Under the pieces are notes generated by a model, which saw nothing but the letters and a program-made list of their open reading frames with translations, did no database searches and had not been told where the DNA came from. Of a stretch of 32,000 nucleotides of DNA, positions 9,963 to 19,619 are shown in pieces; the first letter of the stretch is position 1, and every line of letters begins with the position of its first letter. Origin of the DNA: Mycoplasmoides pneumoniae FH (GTDB lineage Bacteria; Bacillota_I; Bacilli_A; Mycoplasmatales; Mycoplasmoidaceae); the NCBI RefSeq assembly GCF_001272835.1, contig NZ_CP010546.1, forward strand, positions 632,809-664,808. The letters run 5' to 3'. Made by a program: the position numbers and the translations under genes.

Positions 9963-10929
9963 AACTCAACCAGCAATAAATGAGTTAGATAAGACTACAG
10001 TTCAAGACACAATTAAGAATTACGAACAACAACTTCAAAAAGAGCTTAATGAAGAACAACTAAAAGCTTTTAAAAAGCGCTTTAAGTATTTGAAGCTAAC
10101 TAAAAGAGAAGTGATTGAAAAGGAAAGCAGGGAACTTTTATTGCAAGCATTTAGAGACTTTGAAAATTGTGAAAAGATAAAAGGCAATCATTGTCCTAAT
10201 AAAGGCAATGCTCACCTCAACATCTTTCGCGAGCCACCTTTTTGAACTAAAAGTAATAAAAAAGTACTGGGTAAGTTAATTGGTATAAAAATGTCCTGCG
10301 CTAAATCTATTGATAAGGAGGATATCTTTAAATTGCGCTATAGTAATTTCATCATCTATAAGCCTAACTGATTTAAATACGCTGACGAATTTCCACAAAT
10401 TAACCAATTACCCATTAACAAATTTCAAGAAGAATCTTTCGAAGAAATAAGAAATGATCTCAGTGAGCTTTATGAAAATGAAAAAAATCACAAGGAAAAC
10501 ATAAGTTTCTTTAACTTACAAAAAGTTAATTTCAATCACGAGGGCGCTAAATTACTACTTTGTGATTTTGTCGAAAGAGGAGTTAAAACTGCGTTGCTTT
10601 ATTGTGAAGAATTTGTCAGTCGTTTTGACCGTGCATACTGAAAAGTAGATGATTATTTAGATTTAATCAATGAAGCTAATGTCATCATATTTGTCAGTCT
10701 TGGTGAAGAGAGTTTTGTTTCCAAAAACTACATTCTCTTCTTAACCAGATTATTCGACATCATTAATTCAAAACGCAAAGATGTTTATTTCTTTAGCACC
10801 GAATACAATGAGAAAAATGGTCTCATTCAAGCATTTCAAAAAAGCATTCACTTTAAAGCTAAATGAGTAAATTCCTTTTTTGAACAACTCAATTATTTTT
10901 TTGAAATGAAAAGAGAAGAAATTAAATAA
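9943..10929 (+). CDS. DnaI-like helicase-loader homologue with degenerate ATPase motifs, 328 aa
   Basis: ORF 9943..10245 was translated codon by codon through TGAs at 10243, 10369, 10639 and 10864 to TAA 10927..10929. [16 protein letters not shown] resembles the DnaI N-terminal Cys-rich domain. [12 protein letters not shown]...VYFFSTEYN aligns by eye to Walker B and sensor (LxLDDxGAE...TSN). Confidence 0.5.
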
Positions 10930-10988
10930 AAAGCGTACTAATTTATTTAGTAACGCAAAATTATTTAAAATTAATCGTAATTATTTCC

Positions 10989-11070
10989 CCTGGAGTGGCG
11001 GAATGGTAGACGCGGTGGACTCAAAACCCACTAGGAAACTGTAGGAGTTCAAGTCTCCTCTCCAGGACCA
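10989..11070 (+). tRNA. tRNA-Leu (anticodon CAA), CCA encoded
   Basis: CCTGGAG..GTGGA-CTCAAAA-CCCAC..variable arm..AGGAG-TTCAAGT-CTCCT-CTCCAGG-A-CCA; 82 nt. Confidence 0.9.
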
Positions 11071-11102
11071 TAATTAAATACTTAAATTTACACTACGAAA
11101 TG

Positions 11103-11135
11103 ACAACCTCAACGACCGTTGGGGTTGTTTTTTTA
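11103..11135 (+). terminator. intrinsic terminator after tRNA-Leu(CAA)
   Basis: ACAACCTCAA-cgaccg-TTGGGGTTGT (one G-U) followed by T8. Confidence 0.7.
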
Positions 11136-11183
11136 TTTATTAAAGGTAGTTTAAGTAACGAACAAGATTCCTGCTACTAATAA

Positions 11184-11861
11184 TTAATAGACAATCTGCG
11201 CTTTCTTTCAGTAAAACTTTTGGAAAGCACGCATCACTGGAACACCAATTAAACTCACTAGTGTGAATTTAATCACATTAAAGAGTGAGTATAAAGCAAA
11301 GATGCCAACCCAATAATTAGGTACGCCAAATAAAAAGAAGTGAAAATATGGTGTTTTGTTATATATCTTGGCCACTTCGACAAAGTTAGCAGTCGGCACA
11401 TAGCCAAACCAATACCAGTATAAAGGGGTAATTAACAAACCGTTGAGCGTTGTTAACAGCAAAGTGTTAGATAGAGTAGCCAAACTAAATACCCATAACC
11501 AACGAAGTTTAATTTGAGCAAAAATGTGAAAGTACAACCGTGTAAAACTCACGATAGCAAAGTTAGCAATGGTTAGGGTTAAAATACCAATCCAGTTATT
11601 ACCATCCCAAATAAAGCTACAAAGTGACAGCGCAACGGTAATAACTAAGGCTCAAGAATAAGAAACAAAAAAAGCACAAGCAATTAAAAAGACTGATGAA
11701 ATGTCAATCGTTAATTTAAGTGCTGACAAAAACGGAATACTGATAAAGTGACTAACAAACGAAGCAATTAGTGCAAGCGCTAGCATCATGGCACTAAAAC
11801 TAAGGTTAAACAGTTGGTGTTGTTCTTTTTTTGGCCAAAAAGCTATTCTTGCACCATTCAT
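11184..11861 (-). CDS. polytopic membrane protein, 225 aa; possibly ECF-transporter S-component-like
   Basis: ORFs 11652..11861 and 11208..11552 are in frame. The stop at 11208 is TGA, and the true TAA is at 11184..11186. The protein is hydrophobic throughout, with about 5-6 predicted helices. The S-component call is pattern memory only. Confidence 0.7.
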
Positions 11862-11915
11862 TATTTAGTAAAGCCTACTAGCTAGAAAAGTAGTTAAATA
11901 ATAATATTTATTAAT

Positions 11916-12470
11916 ATGGACAAATTTTTAATCGATGTTACTGTAGAAATTCCTAAGAGCAGTAAGATCAAGTATGAATACGACCGCAAGACTAGTCAAA
12001 TCCGTGTCGACAGGATTCTCTTTGGTAGTGAATCTTATCCACAAAACTATGGTTTTATCGCTAACACCTTAGACTGGGATGGTGATGAATTGGACTGTTT
12101 TATCTTCGCTGACCAAGCCTTTCTACCAGGTGTAGTAGTACCTACTAGAATTGTAGGAGCTTTAGAAATGGTAGATGACGGTGAATTGGATACCAAACTT
12201 TTAGGGGTCATTGATTGTGATCCGCGTTACAAAGAGATTAACTCCGTCAATGATTTACCAAAACACCGCGTTGATGAAATTATTGGTTTTTTCAAAACTT
12301 ACAAATTACTACAAAAGAAAGAAGTAATTATTAAGGGAGTGCAAAGTTTGGAGTGGGCTAAGAAAGAATACCAAGTGTGTGTTGATTTAATGAAGCAATA
12401 TGGTAAGTTGCCTAAGGATGAGTTTATCGCTAAAATGCAAAAACTCCATCCTGAACACTACCAAAAATAG
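11916..12470 (+). CDS. ppa: inorganic pyrophosphatase (family I), 184 aa
   Basis: Intact track ORF. KYEYD...PQNYGFI...DGDELD...VDDGELDTK are family I PPase motifs. Confidence 0.9.
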   Translation: MDKFLIDVTVEIPKSSKIKYEYDRKTSQIRVDRILFGSESYPQNYGFIANTLDWDGDELDCFIFADQAFLPGVVVPTRIVGALEMVDDGELDTKLLGVIDCDPRYKEINSVNDLPKHRVDEIIGFFKTYKLLQKKEVIIKGVQSLEWAKKEYQVCVDLMKQYGKLPKDEFIAKMQKLHPEHYQK

Positions 12471-12478
12471 TTCAAGTT

Positions 12479-12997
12479 ATGATTAGCGCTAACCGTGGCA
12501 TGTTTTTGGAAACAATTGTTAACCAAACAATTGTACGACTAGGAGATCATCCAGATATTTGACTCGAAAAGCGTTATCTACCGATTCAACCAACTGCTTT
12601 TAAAGAAACCCGTGTGCAAGGAGCATTAACAGCGCAAAAGAAATCGAAAACTGACTATTACGGTGTTTATAAAGGCGAAATTTACTTTGACTTTGAAACT
12701 AAACAAACTAATAAAAGTAATTTTGCTCTAGCGCAGTTAGCAGAACACCAACTCAAACACCTTAAAAGAATTAATGAGATTGGTGGTATTAGCTTTTTGT
12801 TAATCTATTTTCAGGTACAAGACCTCTTATATGCGTTGCATACCAAGGATCTCTTGCAGATGATCGAAGCGCAAAAGGGTAAAAGTAAAACAATTAAGCG
12901 TGACCTTATTGATCAAAAAGCACAAAAGATAAATCTAATCTACCCAGGGGTTATAGATCTAATTGATGTAATAGAAAACTTTATAAAAGACTCTTAG
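12479..12997 (+). CDS. recU: Holliday junction resolvase RecU, 172 aa
   Basis: From ATG 12479, reading through TGA (12560..12562) into track ORF 12614..12997. N-terminal [29 protein letters not shown] (acidic...ExK) and [10 protein letters not shown] are RecU-like. No in-frame TAA/TAG. Confidence 0.85.
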
Positions 12998-13323
12998 TCT
13001 GCGTATTTTCAGCGTACCTTAGCAGCCGTTTCCTTAATGGTTTTGCTTGGACTGTAACGCACTAATGGTTTTGGTGGAATGTGTTTCATTTCACCAGTTT
13101 TCATGTCTTTTTGAATTCTAGCGTTACGAATCGTAATGCGTAATTTACCCAAATTTTCGGGCAAAATGCAAACGCTACGACTTACTAATTCATTAAGTAA
13201 GAGGGTGTTGAGGTATTTAAAGATCTCTTTTATCTTAGCCTCTTTTACTCCAGTAGCTACTGCAATAATCTTGTTAATTTCGCTACGAGACAATGGCTTA
13301 CTCGATGTTGTTGTTTTTTCCAT
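12994..13323 (-). CDS. hup: HU/IHF-like DNA-binding protein, 109 aa
   Basis: The stop of track ORF 13009..13323 is TGA; the true TAA is at 12994..12996. [41 protein letters not shown] fits the HU beta-arm pattern. It has a 12-aa N-terminal extension relative to typical HU. Confidence 0.85.
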
Positions 13324-13471
13324 TAAGTTTTAAGTTCAAAGTTTGAAAATCCAATTTGATTATAAAAACGGAGGAGAATCAAATTAAACGCGTTTTATTT
13401 TATTATTGTTCCAATCTTTAAAAGGTTGCACTTTTAAAGGTTAAATTTGACAAAAAGTTTTCCTTATAAGT

Positions 13472-13882
13472 ATGGAACCAAATAATTTAAAAGAAGAGCT
13501 AGTTTCAGTCTTTGAAAAAGCTTGTTCTTCACATAAAGAAAGGCTTGATTTTATCTGTTCTGTAAGAGAAAGCGATACCTTTTCCAATGTGGATGTACCG
13601 CTAGCTCCTATTAAAACTATTATCGAAATTGCTAAAAACGAGGAAAATCAAACCGAAATTCTCAAATTAGCGATCGAAAACATTAAGACTCTATCAACTG
13701 TTGGGTCTGGTCAATACATTGCATCGCACTTCTCAACCCATAACGAAGTTGCTATTATTTTCTGTATCTCTTACTTTTTGTATCACTTCAACTTCTTGCA
13801 CGATGAAAACAAAAAGCAGTTGCTAAAACGTGCCTTTGAAGCAGTTGCTGAAAAAATAGCTGACTACTTAAACGAAAACTAA
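13472..13882 (+). CDS. hypothetical protein, 136 aa
   Basis: Intact ORF with ATG and TAA. No motif recognised. Its stop overlaps the clpB stop. Confidence 0.6.
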   Translation: MEPNNLKEELVSVFEKACSSHKERLDFICSVRESDTFSNVDVPLAPIKTIIEIAKNEENQTEILKLAIENIKTLSTVGSGQYIASHFSTHNEVAIIFCISYFLYHFNFLHDENKKQLLKRAFEAVAEKIADYLNEN

Positions 13883-16026
13883 GATTTAACCTTATTGGCT
13901 ACTATTGCCACTTTATCTTTCTCAACTATTACGTTGTAACTAACATCTTTAGTAATAATACCTTCCAGAATTTGCTTGGCAATTAGAGTAGCTATTTGCC
14001 GATCGATAAAACGTTTAATTGGTCGAGCACCAAACTGTTCGTCGAAACTAGATTTGTAAATAAACTCATTTAACTTAGGGTCAAACGTGAACTTTAAGTT
14101 TTGTTTAGCTAATCTTTGATTTAATTGATCCAATAAATTTGTAATAATTTCTAAAACGGTTGTTTTTTGCAATACGCTAAAGAAAACGATTTCATCAATC
14201 CGGTTAATAAATTCAGCACGGAAGTGTTTTTTTAGTGCTTCCATCGCTAAATCGCGTTTGTTTTCCATAATGTAATTGGAACCCAAGTTGGAAGTCATAA
14301 TTATCATCGTATTCTTAAAGTTAACTAAACGACCTTGAGAGTCCTTTAAAGTACCATCATCTAATACTTGTAAAAGAATATTAGTTACATCAGGGTGTGC
14401 TTTTTCAATTTCATCGAACAGAAGCACACAGTAAGGTTTGCGTCGGACTGCTTCAGTTAGTAAACCAGATTGTTCATAACCTACATATCCAGGAGGCGCT
14501 CCGATTAACTTAGCGACCGAATGCTTTTCCATGTATTCACTCATGTCAAAGCGAATCATCGCTTTTTCATTATCAAACAAGACCTCTGCTAGTGATTTAG
14601 CCAATTCCGTTTTACCAACACCAGTAGAGCCTAAAAAGATAAAGGAACCAATTGGCCGGTTAGGGTCATTGAGGTTTACCCTTCCACGCATAACGGTATT
14701 GACCACTGTCTCCACGGCCGCATCTTGACCCTTAACCCGTTTTTTTATTTCATCACCTAAATGCAAAAGCTTTTCCTTTTCGGTTTCTAACAGCTTCTTT
14801 AAGGGAATACCGGTAGCTTGTGATACTACTTCGGCCACTTCGTTTTCTGACACTTCTGTCTTAAACAAGTCATGTTTGGAATCAACATACTTTTTCTGTG
14901 CTTGTTCTAATTGGTTTTTAAGTTTGGGGATGTCATAGTAAAGAATCTTAGAAGCAGCTTCATAGTTACCTTCCGTTTGGTAGAGCTCTAAGCGTGTTTG
15001 CAAATCCTCAATTTCCTTTTTGAGCTTGTTAATGCTTTCAAAGTTAGTTTTCTCCTTTTTTCATTCGGCAGTTAGAGAATCACGCTTTTTCTTTAACTCA
15101 TCTAACTGTTGTTTTAGATTGTCTAAGTGTTCTTGTTTTTTCTTGTTATCAGCATTTTCCTTATCTTGTTTTAAAGCGGCATATTCAGTTTCTAAGTTAA
15201 TAATTTCCCGCTTAAGGGTGTCAATTACCACTGGCTCTGAAGCCATTTCCGTTTTAATCTTGGCACTAGCTTCATCAATTAAATCAATCGCTTTATCGGG
15301 TAAATTACGATCAGGAATATAACGTGCTGACATTTCTACAGCAGCTACCAAGGCACTGTCAAAGATGGTGAGGTTATGAAAAAGTTCCCAACGGGTCTTC
15401 AAACCCCGCATAATGGTAAGTGCTTCTTGTTGACTCGGTTCACTGACAAGGATCTTCTGGAAGCGCCGTTCTAAAGCGCCGTCCTTCTCCACATATTCAC
15501 GGTACTCTTTCAGTGTCGTGGCACCAATAACCTTAATTTCACCGCGTGCTAACATTGGTTTTAAGATGTTGGCAATGTCCATGGCACCACTACTGGAGTT
15601 ACGACCTAGCCCCACTATTTGGTGGATTTCATCAATGAATAAAATAATCTTGCCATTTGATTCTTTGACTTGCTTTAAGATACCGTTAACCCGTTTTTCA
15701 AACTCACCTTGGTATTGGGTGCCAGCAATTAAACCAGACAACGAAAGTTCATAAATTTCAACATCACGCAAGTTTAAAGGCACGTCATTATTAACTACCC
15801 TTCTTACAAATCCTTCAACAATGGCGGTTTTCCCGACGCCTGGTTCACCAATTAAAACGGGATTGTTCTTGTTTTTCCGGCTTAAAATTTCAATTAAGCG
15901 TCGAATTTCGTTGTCGCGACCAATAATAGGATCAACCTTATTTTTGAGCACCTCATCGTTAATGCTACGCCCCATTTCCTTTAAGAAATCACGCTTATCT
16001 GGTGTTGGTGTAAAACTAAAATCCAT
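13879..16026 (-). CDS. clpB: ClpB disaggregase (two AAA+ modules plus M-domain), 715 aa, without the Clp_N domain
   Basis: ORFs 15061..16026 and 13879..15003 join in frame through TGA 15061..15063; I checked the linker codons. Walker A motifs GEPGVGKT and GSTGVGKT, a coiled-coil middle region, and a first residue only about 40 aa before NBD1. Confidence 0.95.
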
Positions 16027-16058
16027 CTATTTTATCCCCTTTCTTTGTTAATAGGCCA

Positions 16059-16064
16059 ATTATA
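16059..16064 (-). promoter_or_regulatory. candidate -10 box (TATAAT) of the clpB promoter
   Basis: The reverse complement of attata lies 5 nt downstream of CIRCE and about 32 nt upstream of the clpB ATG. Confidence 0.5.
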
Positions 16065-16069
16065 TAAAA

Positions 16070-16096
16070 TTAGCACTCGAATGGCTTGAGTGCTAA
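16070..16096. promoter_or_regulatory. CIRCE operator (HrcA binding site)
   Basis: TTAGCACTC-gaatggctt-GAGTGCTAA is a perfect match to the consensus TTAGCACTC-N9-GAGTGCTAA, 44 nt upstream of the clpB ATG. Confidence 0.9.
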
Positions 16097-16201
16097 CGAG
16101 TGGGCTAAAGATTTACCTTTTTTGGTGGTTATAAAGTAAAAGAGAACCAACCCCCAAGTGCTGCTCTCTTTCATTTATAAAGACGGTTTTGAGTTACTTA
16201 A

Positions 16202-17050
16202 CTAGTACAACGGAATTGTTTTGGCAATCTTCCAAGTATTAGGGAACAGTGCCTTTAAAAAGTAGTTCAAGCGCTTTTGCACCCACTTTTTGTAATCAAT
16301 AATTTGCTGTGTTTGAGGCATAATTTCAGTTCACTGAAAGGCAAACAGCAACACGTAAATTACCGTTTCAAAAACTAGTTTTTTGTCTAAGCTACCGTAC
16401 AAGTCAATAATTTGGTTGGCTGTTTCAATTGTCAACTCTTCGCGAATAATGTTGGCAATCTCATAGTAAGGGTTGTCCACACAAGACCACTCAAAGTCAA
16501 TTAAAACGACCTGCTTTTTTGGGGTATAAACCAAATTATCAAAGGTGGAATCGTGGTGACACAAGGTTTTGGGAATCGCTTTGTGTTTATCTGTTAATTC
16601 CACATACAGTTTTTTGTAAAAGTCAGGTAGCTTGGTTTGGTTAAAGTAAATTAACGGATCGAAGATTCAAATTTCATTAGCAAACTGTTTTCACTCGACT
16701 GCATGTACTTTTTTTAAAGAAGCCACTAGTTGTTCTAAAAACAGCCTTGTGGGACGTTTTGGTTGTTTTCCTTCAATCCACTTCTTAATGGCATTACCGG
16801 TAGTTACATCAAAGTAAACAAAGGGGTTACCAAAGATGGGGGTCACTAAGTCCAGGATAATTTGCTCGTTGCGTCGGTTCAACGGTACATCTTTACGCGC
16901 TAACCTGACTTGGTACTTACTCCCATCTTTCAGTTCTGTAAAAAAGGAAAAATTAGTAAAACCCGAGTGGATTTGTTCCACATGAGCTACAGCAGTTGGT
17001 TGGAGGTTTAACTTTTCACAAAGAAAAGCAATTGCATCGCCCTTATTCAT
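16202..17050 (-). CDS. choline/ethanolamine kinase family protein (LicA-like), 282 aa
   Basis: ORFs 16691..17050 and 16331..16603 are in frame. The stop at 16331 is TGA, and I followed the extension to TAG 16202..16204. [11 protein letters not shown] (HxDxxxxN) and [18 protein letters not shown] match the kinase and choline-kinase motifs. Confidence 0.8.
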
Positions 17051-17057
17051 CTATTAA

Positions 17058-18230
17058 CTATTTTTGAGTTAGTCGAATGGAGTCTTCCACAATCATTAAC
17101 TCTTCATTAGTACGTACCCGGTAAATCTTGTACTTACTTTGGGGCGTGGATACCACACAGCTATCACCGTACTTGACAAACAGTTTTAGATCAGTCGCAA
17201 AGCCTAATGATTTAACGGCGTTAATAAACAACTCTACACAATCACTAGCATTCTCGCCAATGCCACCAGTAAACACTAAACCATCAATGTTGCCTTCCAA
17301 TTGGTTCAAGTATTTAGCAATGTAATCCGCTACCCGGTTAACATACATTTTGATAGCCACAGCGTTTTCTTGGGGTTTAGCGAAAACATCACGCATATCC
17401 GATGCACCAGTTAACGCCAACATCCCTGATTTTTTATTAAGCGCATTGACCACATCACTAGCACTCATGTTTTCCTGTTCTGCTACATAACCAATAATGG
17501 CAGGGTCAAGGTCACCACTACGGGTTCCCATAATAAGACCTTCTAGCGGGGTGAATCCCATTGAAGTATTAAATGACTTACCATTCTTAATGGCACAAAC
17601 ACTCGCACCGTTACCCAAGTGACACACAATCAGGTTCAGGTTTTGCTTGTTCAAGTGCTTTTCTAAATAGTTATTAATGAACTTGTAAGAAGTACCATGG
17701 AAGCCATAACGACGTACTAAGTGTTTTTGCTCCCATGAACGTGGTACCGCATACAAGTAGTTTTCTTGGGGAATGGTAGTGTGAAAGGTTGTGTCAAAGA
17801 CTGCCACATTCTTAGCACTAGGAACTTCTTTGAAAAAGATTTCAATCACATCAGCCTCTGGCTTGTTGTGCAGTGGCGCTAACTTAATAAATTCCTTAAT
17901 TTTAGCGAGTGCTGCTGCATCTACGATCACCGAATCCTTAAAGTAGTTAGCGCCCTGCACCACGCGGTGACCAACTAGAGTAATGTCACTAAGTTCCTGG
18001 ATAATTTTGTGCTTTTTAAGTGTGTTTAAAAAGTGGGTTACAGCGGCGTGGTGGTCGGGGAAAGCTACTTTTTCTTCAACCTTCTGTTCGTTAAATTCAA
18101 GTTTGAAAAAACCATCGACAAAAATTCGTTCACAAAGGGCTTTAGCTAGGACTTTTTTGTGATAATCAAACAATTGGAATTTGATCGAGCTACTGCCAGC
18201 ATTGACTACTAAAATTTTGTTGTCGTTCAT
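17058..18230 (-). CDS. ackA: acetate kinase, 390 aa
   Basis: Intact track ORF. VVNAGSSSIKFQLF, HRVVQG, FDTTFH and CHLGNGAS are acetate kinase motifs. Confidence 0.95.
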   Translation of the reverse strand: MNDNKILVVNAGSSSIKFQLFDYHKKVLAKALCERIFVDGFFKLEFNEQKVEEKVAFPDHHAAVTHFLNTLKKHKIIQELSDITLVGHRVVQGANYFKDSVIVDAAALAKIKEFIKLAPLHNKPEADVIEIFFKEVPSAKNVAVFDTTFHTTIPQENYLYAVPRSWEQKHLVRRYGFHGTSYKFINNYLEKHLNKQNLNLIVCHLGNGASVCAIKNGKSFNTSMGFTPLEGLIMGTRSGDLDPAIIGYVAEQENMSASDVVNALNKKSGMLALTGASDMRDVFAKPQENAVAIKMYVNRVADYIAKYLNQLEGNIDGLVFTGGIGENASDCVELFINAVKSLGFATDLKLFVKYGDSCVVSTPQSKYKIYRVRTNEELMIVEDSIRLTQK

Positions 18231-18298
18231 TTTTATCTAATAGGTAACAATAATAAAATATTAGTAATAAGTCCTCATTTTTTCTCTAATAACTGTCA

Positions 18299-18508
18299 AT
18301 GAGTGCTAAAACTTCATATATTGTGGCTGCTGTTTCGACAGCTGTAGGTATTATTCTCTACTTTATCTCTTCCCTCATGGGGGTAATTGGTGTAAGTAAT
18401 GATAAGACCTTAATCATTGTCTTTTTTGTACTAGCTTCAATCATCATTATTAACGCCTGTGTTTTTTGAATTATTTACCTGTTCAAAAAAAGAAACGTAG
18501 TCAAATAA
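18299..18508 (+). CDS. small two-helix membrane protein, 69 aa (absent from the ORF track)
   Basis: From ATG 18299, one in-frame TGA, TAA at 18506..18508. It encodes MSAKTSYIVAAVSTAVGIILYFISSLMGVIGVSNDKTLIIVFFVLASIIIINACVFWIIYLFKKRNVVK: two hydrophobic spans and a basic tail. Confidence 0.5.
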
Positions 18509-18570
18509 AAAAGTTTGGCGCTTTAAATTCTCCTTACACATTCATTTAGATAGGAGCGAATAAATGTGTA

Positions 18571-18993
18571 ATGAATACTTTTAAAGAAACCCTCTTTTCA
18601 TTAAAGAAAAGTAATTATTTGTTGAATGAGAGTGCTCAAATTCTCAATGATTGTGTAGTAAATAACAATGAAATCGATGAACGCTTACGCAATTCGATTA
18701 AATTTGCCCTTGGCATTATTAATTTAGCTAGTTACTGTCTTAAAAACGAACAAGAACAGCTAGACCATGAACTCAACCATGGTAATGAAGCGCCCTGGGA
18801 GTTTAGTTTCAATGAAGCTGAACAACTAATAGAATGCACTGTCAAAAATAACTTTGGCAACGAAAAACTAGTGGATTTAATTTTCCACATTGGTGATGCC
18901 ATGGAGACTTACCGTACCACTAATATTAAGTTTAGAGTACCCAAGTCTTACTATGATGCCAAACAGCAAATTAGAAAGGTAATTAAAAACTAA
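18571..18993 (+). CDS. hypothetical protein, 140 aa
   Basis: Intact ORF 5 nt upstream of ruvA. TAGGAG lies upstream. No motif recognised. Confidence 0.6.
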   Translation: MNTFKETLFSLKKSNYLLNESAQILNDCVVNNNEIDERLRNSIKFALGIINLASYCLKNEQEQLDHELNHGNEAPWEFSFNEAEQLIECTVKNNFGNEKLVDLIFHIGDAMETYRTTNIKFRVPKSYYDAKQQIRKVIKN

Positions 18994-18998
18994 GGACT

Positions 18999-19619
18999 AT
19001 GATTGCGTCAATTTTTGGAAAAATTACCTTTGTTGGTAAGCGAAAAATTATTGTTGAAGCCAATTGTATTTCCTATTGGTTTAATGTGAAAGAAAACCAT
19101 AGCTTCGAAAAGAACTTGGAAAAACCGCGCCAGGTCTTCTGTCAGATCATTAAAAGAATGGTTACGAACCAGATCTTGGAAGAGGGCTTTGCCTTCAATA
19201 CCTTAGAGGAAAAGGAATGGTTTTCGAAGTTCATCGAACTCAATGGCATTGGTAGTAAAACTGCTTTAAACTTGCTCAATAACAACCTCGAGGAAATGCG
19301 TGATTATATTAAAAACAGTAACTACCATGCCTTGACTAAGTTAACTGGTTCTAACAGTAAGGTAGCTCGCGCATTGCTGGCACTGGAACTGTATGACCGA
19401 GACGATGGTGGTAAACGGATTAAACCCAACACTGCCATGGCCAATGACTATGATGAGATGTTTGACACCTTAAAGTCGTTGGGCTATAAACCCCAAGATA
19501 TCCAAAACGCTTTGAGCAAAATTGAAATTAAACCTAACTTTGATGTAAGTGAAGTGATTGCTGAAGTGATTAAGTTAATGTCTTTCCAGAACAATGAAGT
19601 TACAAATAAAACCGCCTAA
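18999..19619 (+). CDS. ruvA: Holliday junction helicase subunit RuvA, 206 aa
   Basis: Intact ORF. LNGIGSKTALNLL is a helix-hairpin-helix motif. Its position immediately upstream of and overlapping ruvB supports the call. Confidence 0.85.
   Translation: MIASIFGKITFVGKRKIIVEANCISYWFNVKENHSFEKNLEKPRQVFCQIIKRMVTNQILEEGFAFNTLEEKEWFSKFIELNGIGSKTALNLLNNNLEEMRDYIKNSNYHALTKLTGSNSKVARALLALELYDRDDGGKRIKPNTAMANDYDEMFDTLKSLGYKPQDIQNALSKIEIKPNFDVSEVIAEVIKLMSFQNNEVTNKTA

Noticed and set aside
10933-10956. Hairpin GCGTACTAA-tttat-TTAGTAACGC after the DnaI-like stop.
   Set aside because: It has a bulged stem and no T run, so it is at best a weak terminator. It may simply precede the tRNA-Leu(CAA) promoter.
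13136-13333. 65-aa + strand ORF.
   Set aside because: It is antisense to hup.
13353-13385. 9-bp inverted repeat AATTTGATT / AATCAAATT with a 15-nt spacer containing GGAGGA, in the hup-divergent intergenic region.
   Set aside because: It is short and AT-rich, with no start codon after the SD-like hexamer. It could be an operator, but the support is insufficient.
14531-16051. Four + strand ORFs (14531..14728, 15020..15322, 15518..15754, 15821..16051).
   Set aside because: All are antisense shadows within clpB.
17128-17325. 65-aa + strand ORF.
   Set aside because: It is antisense to ackA.
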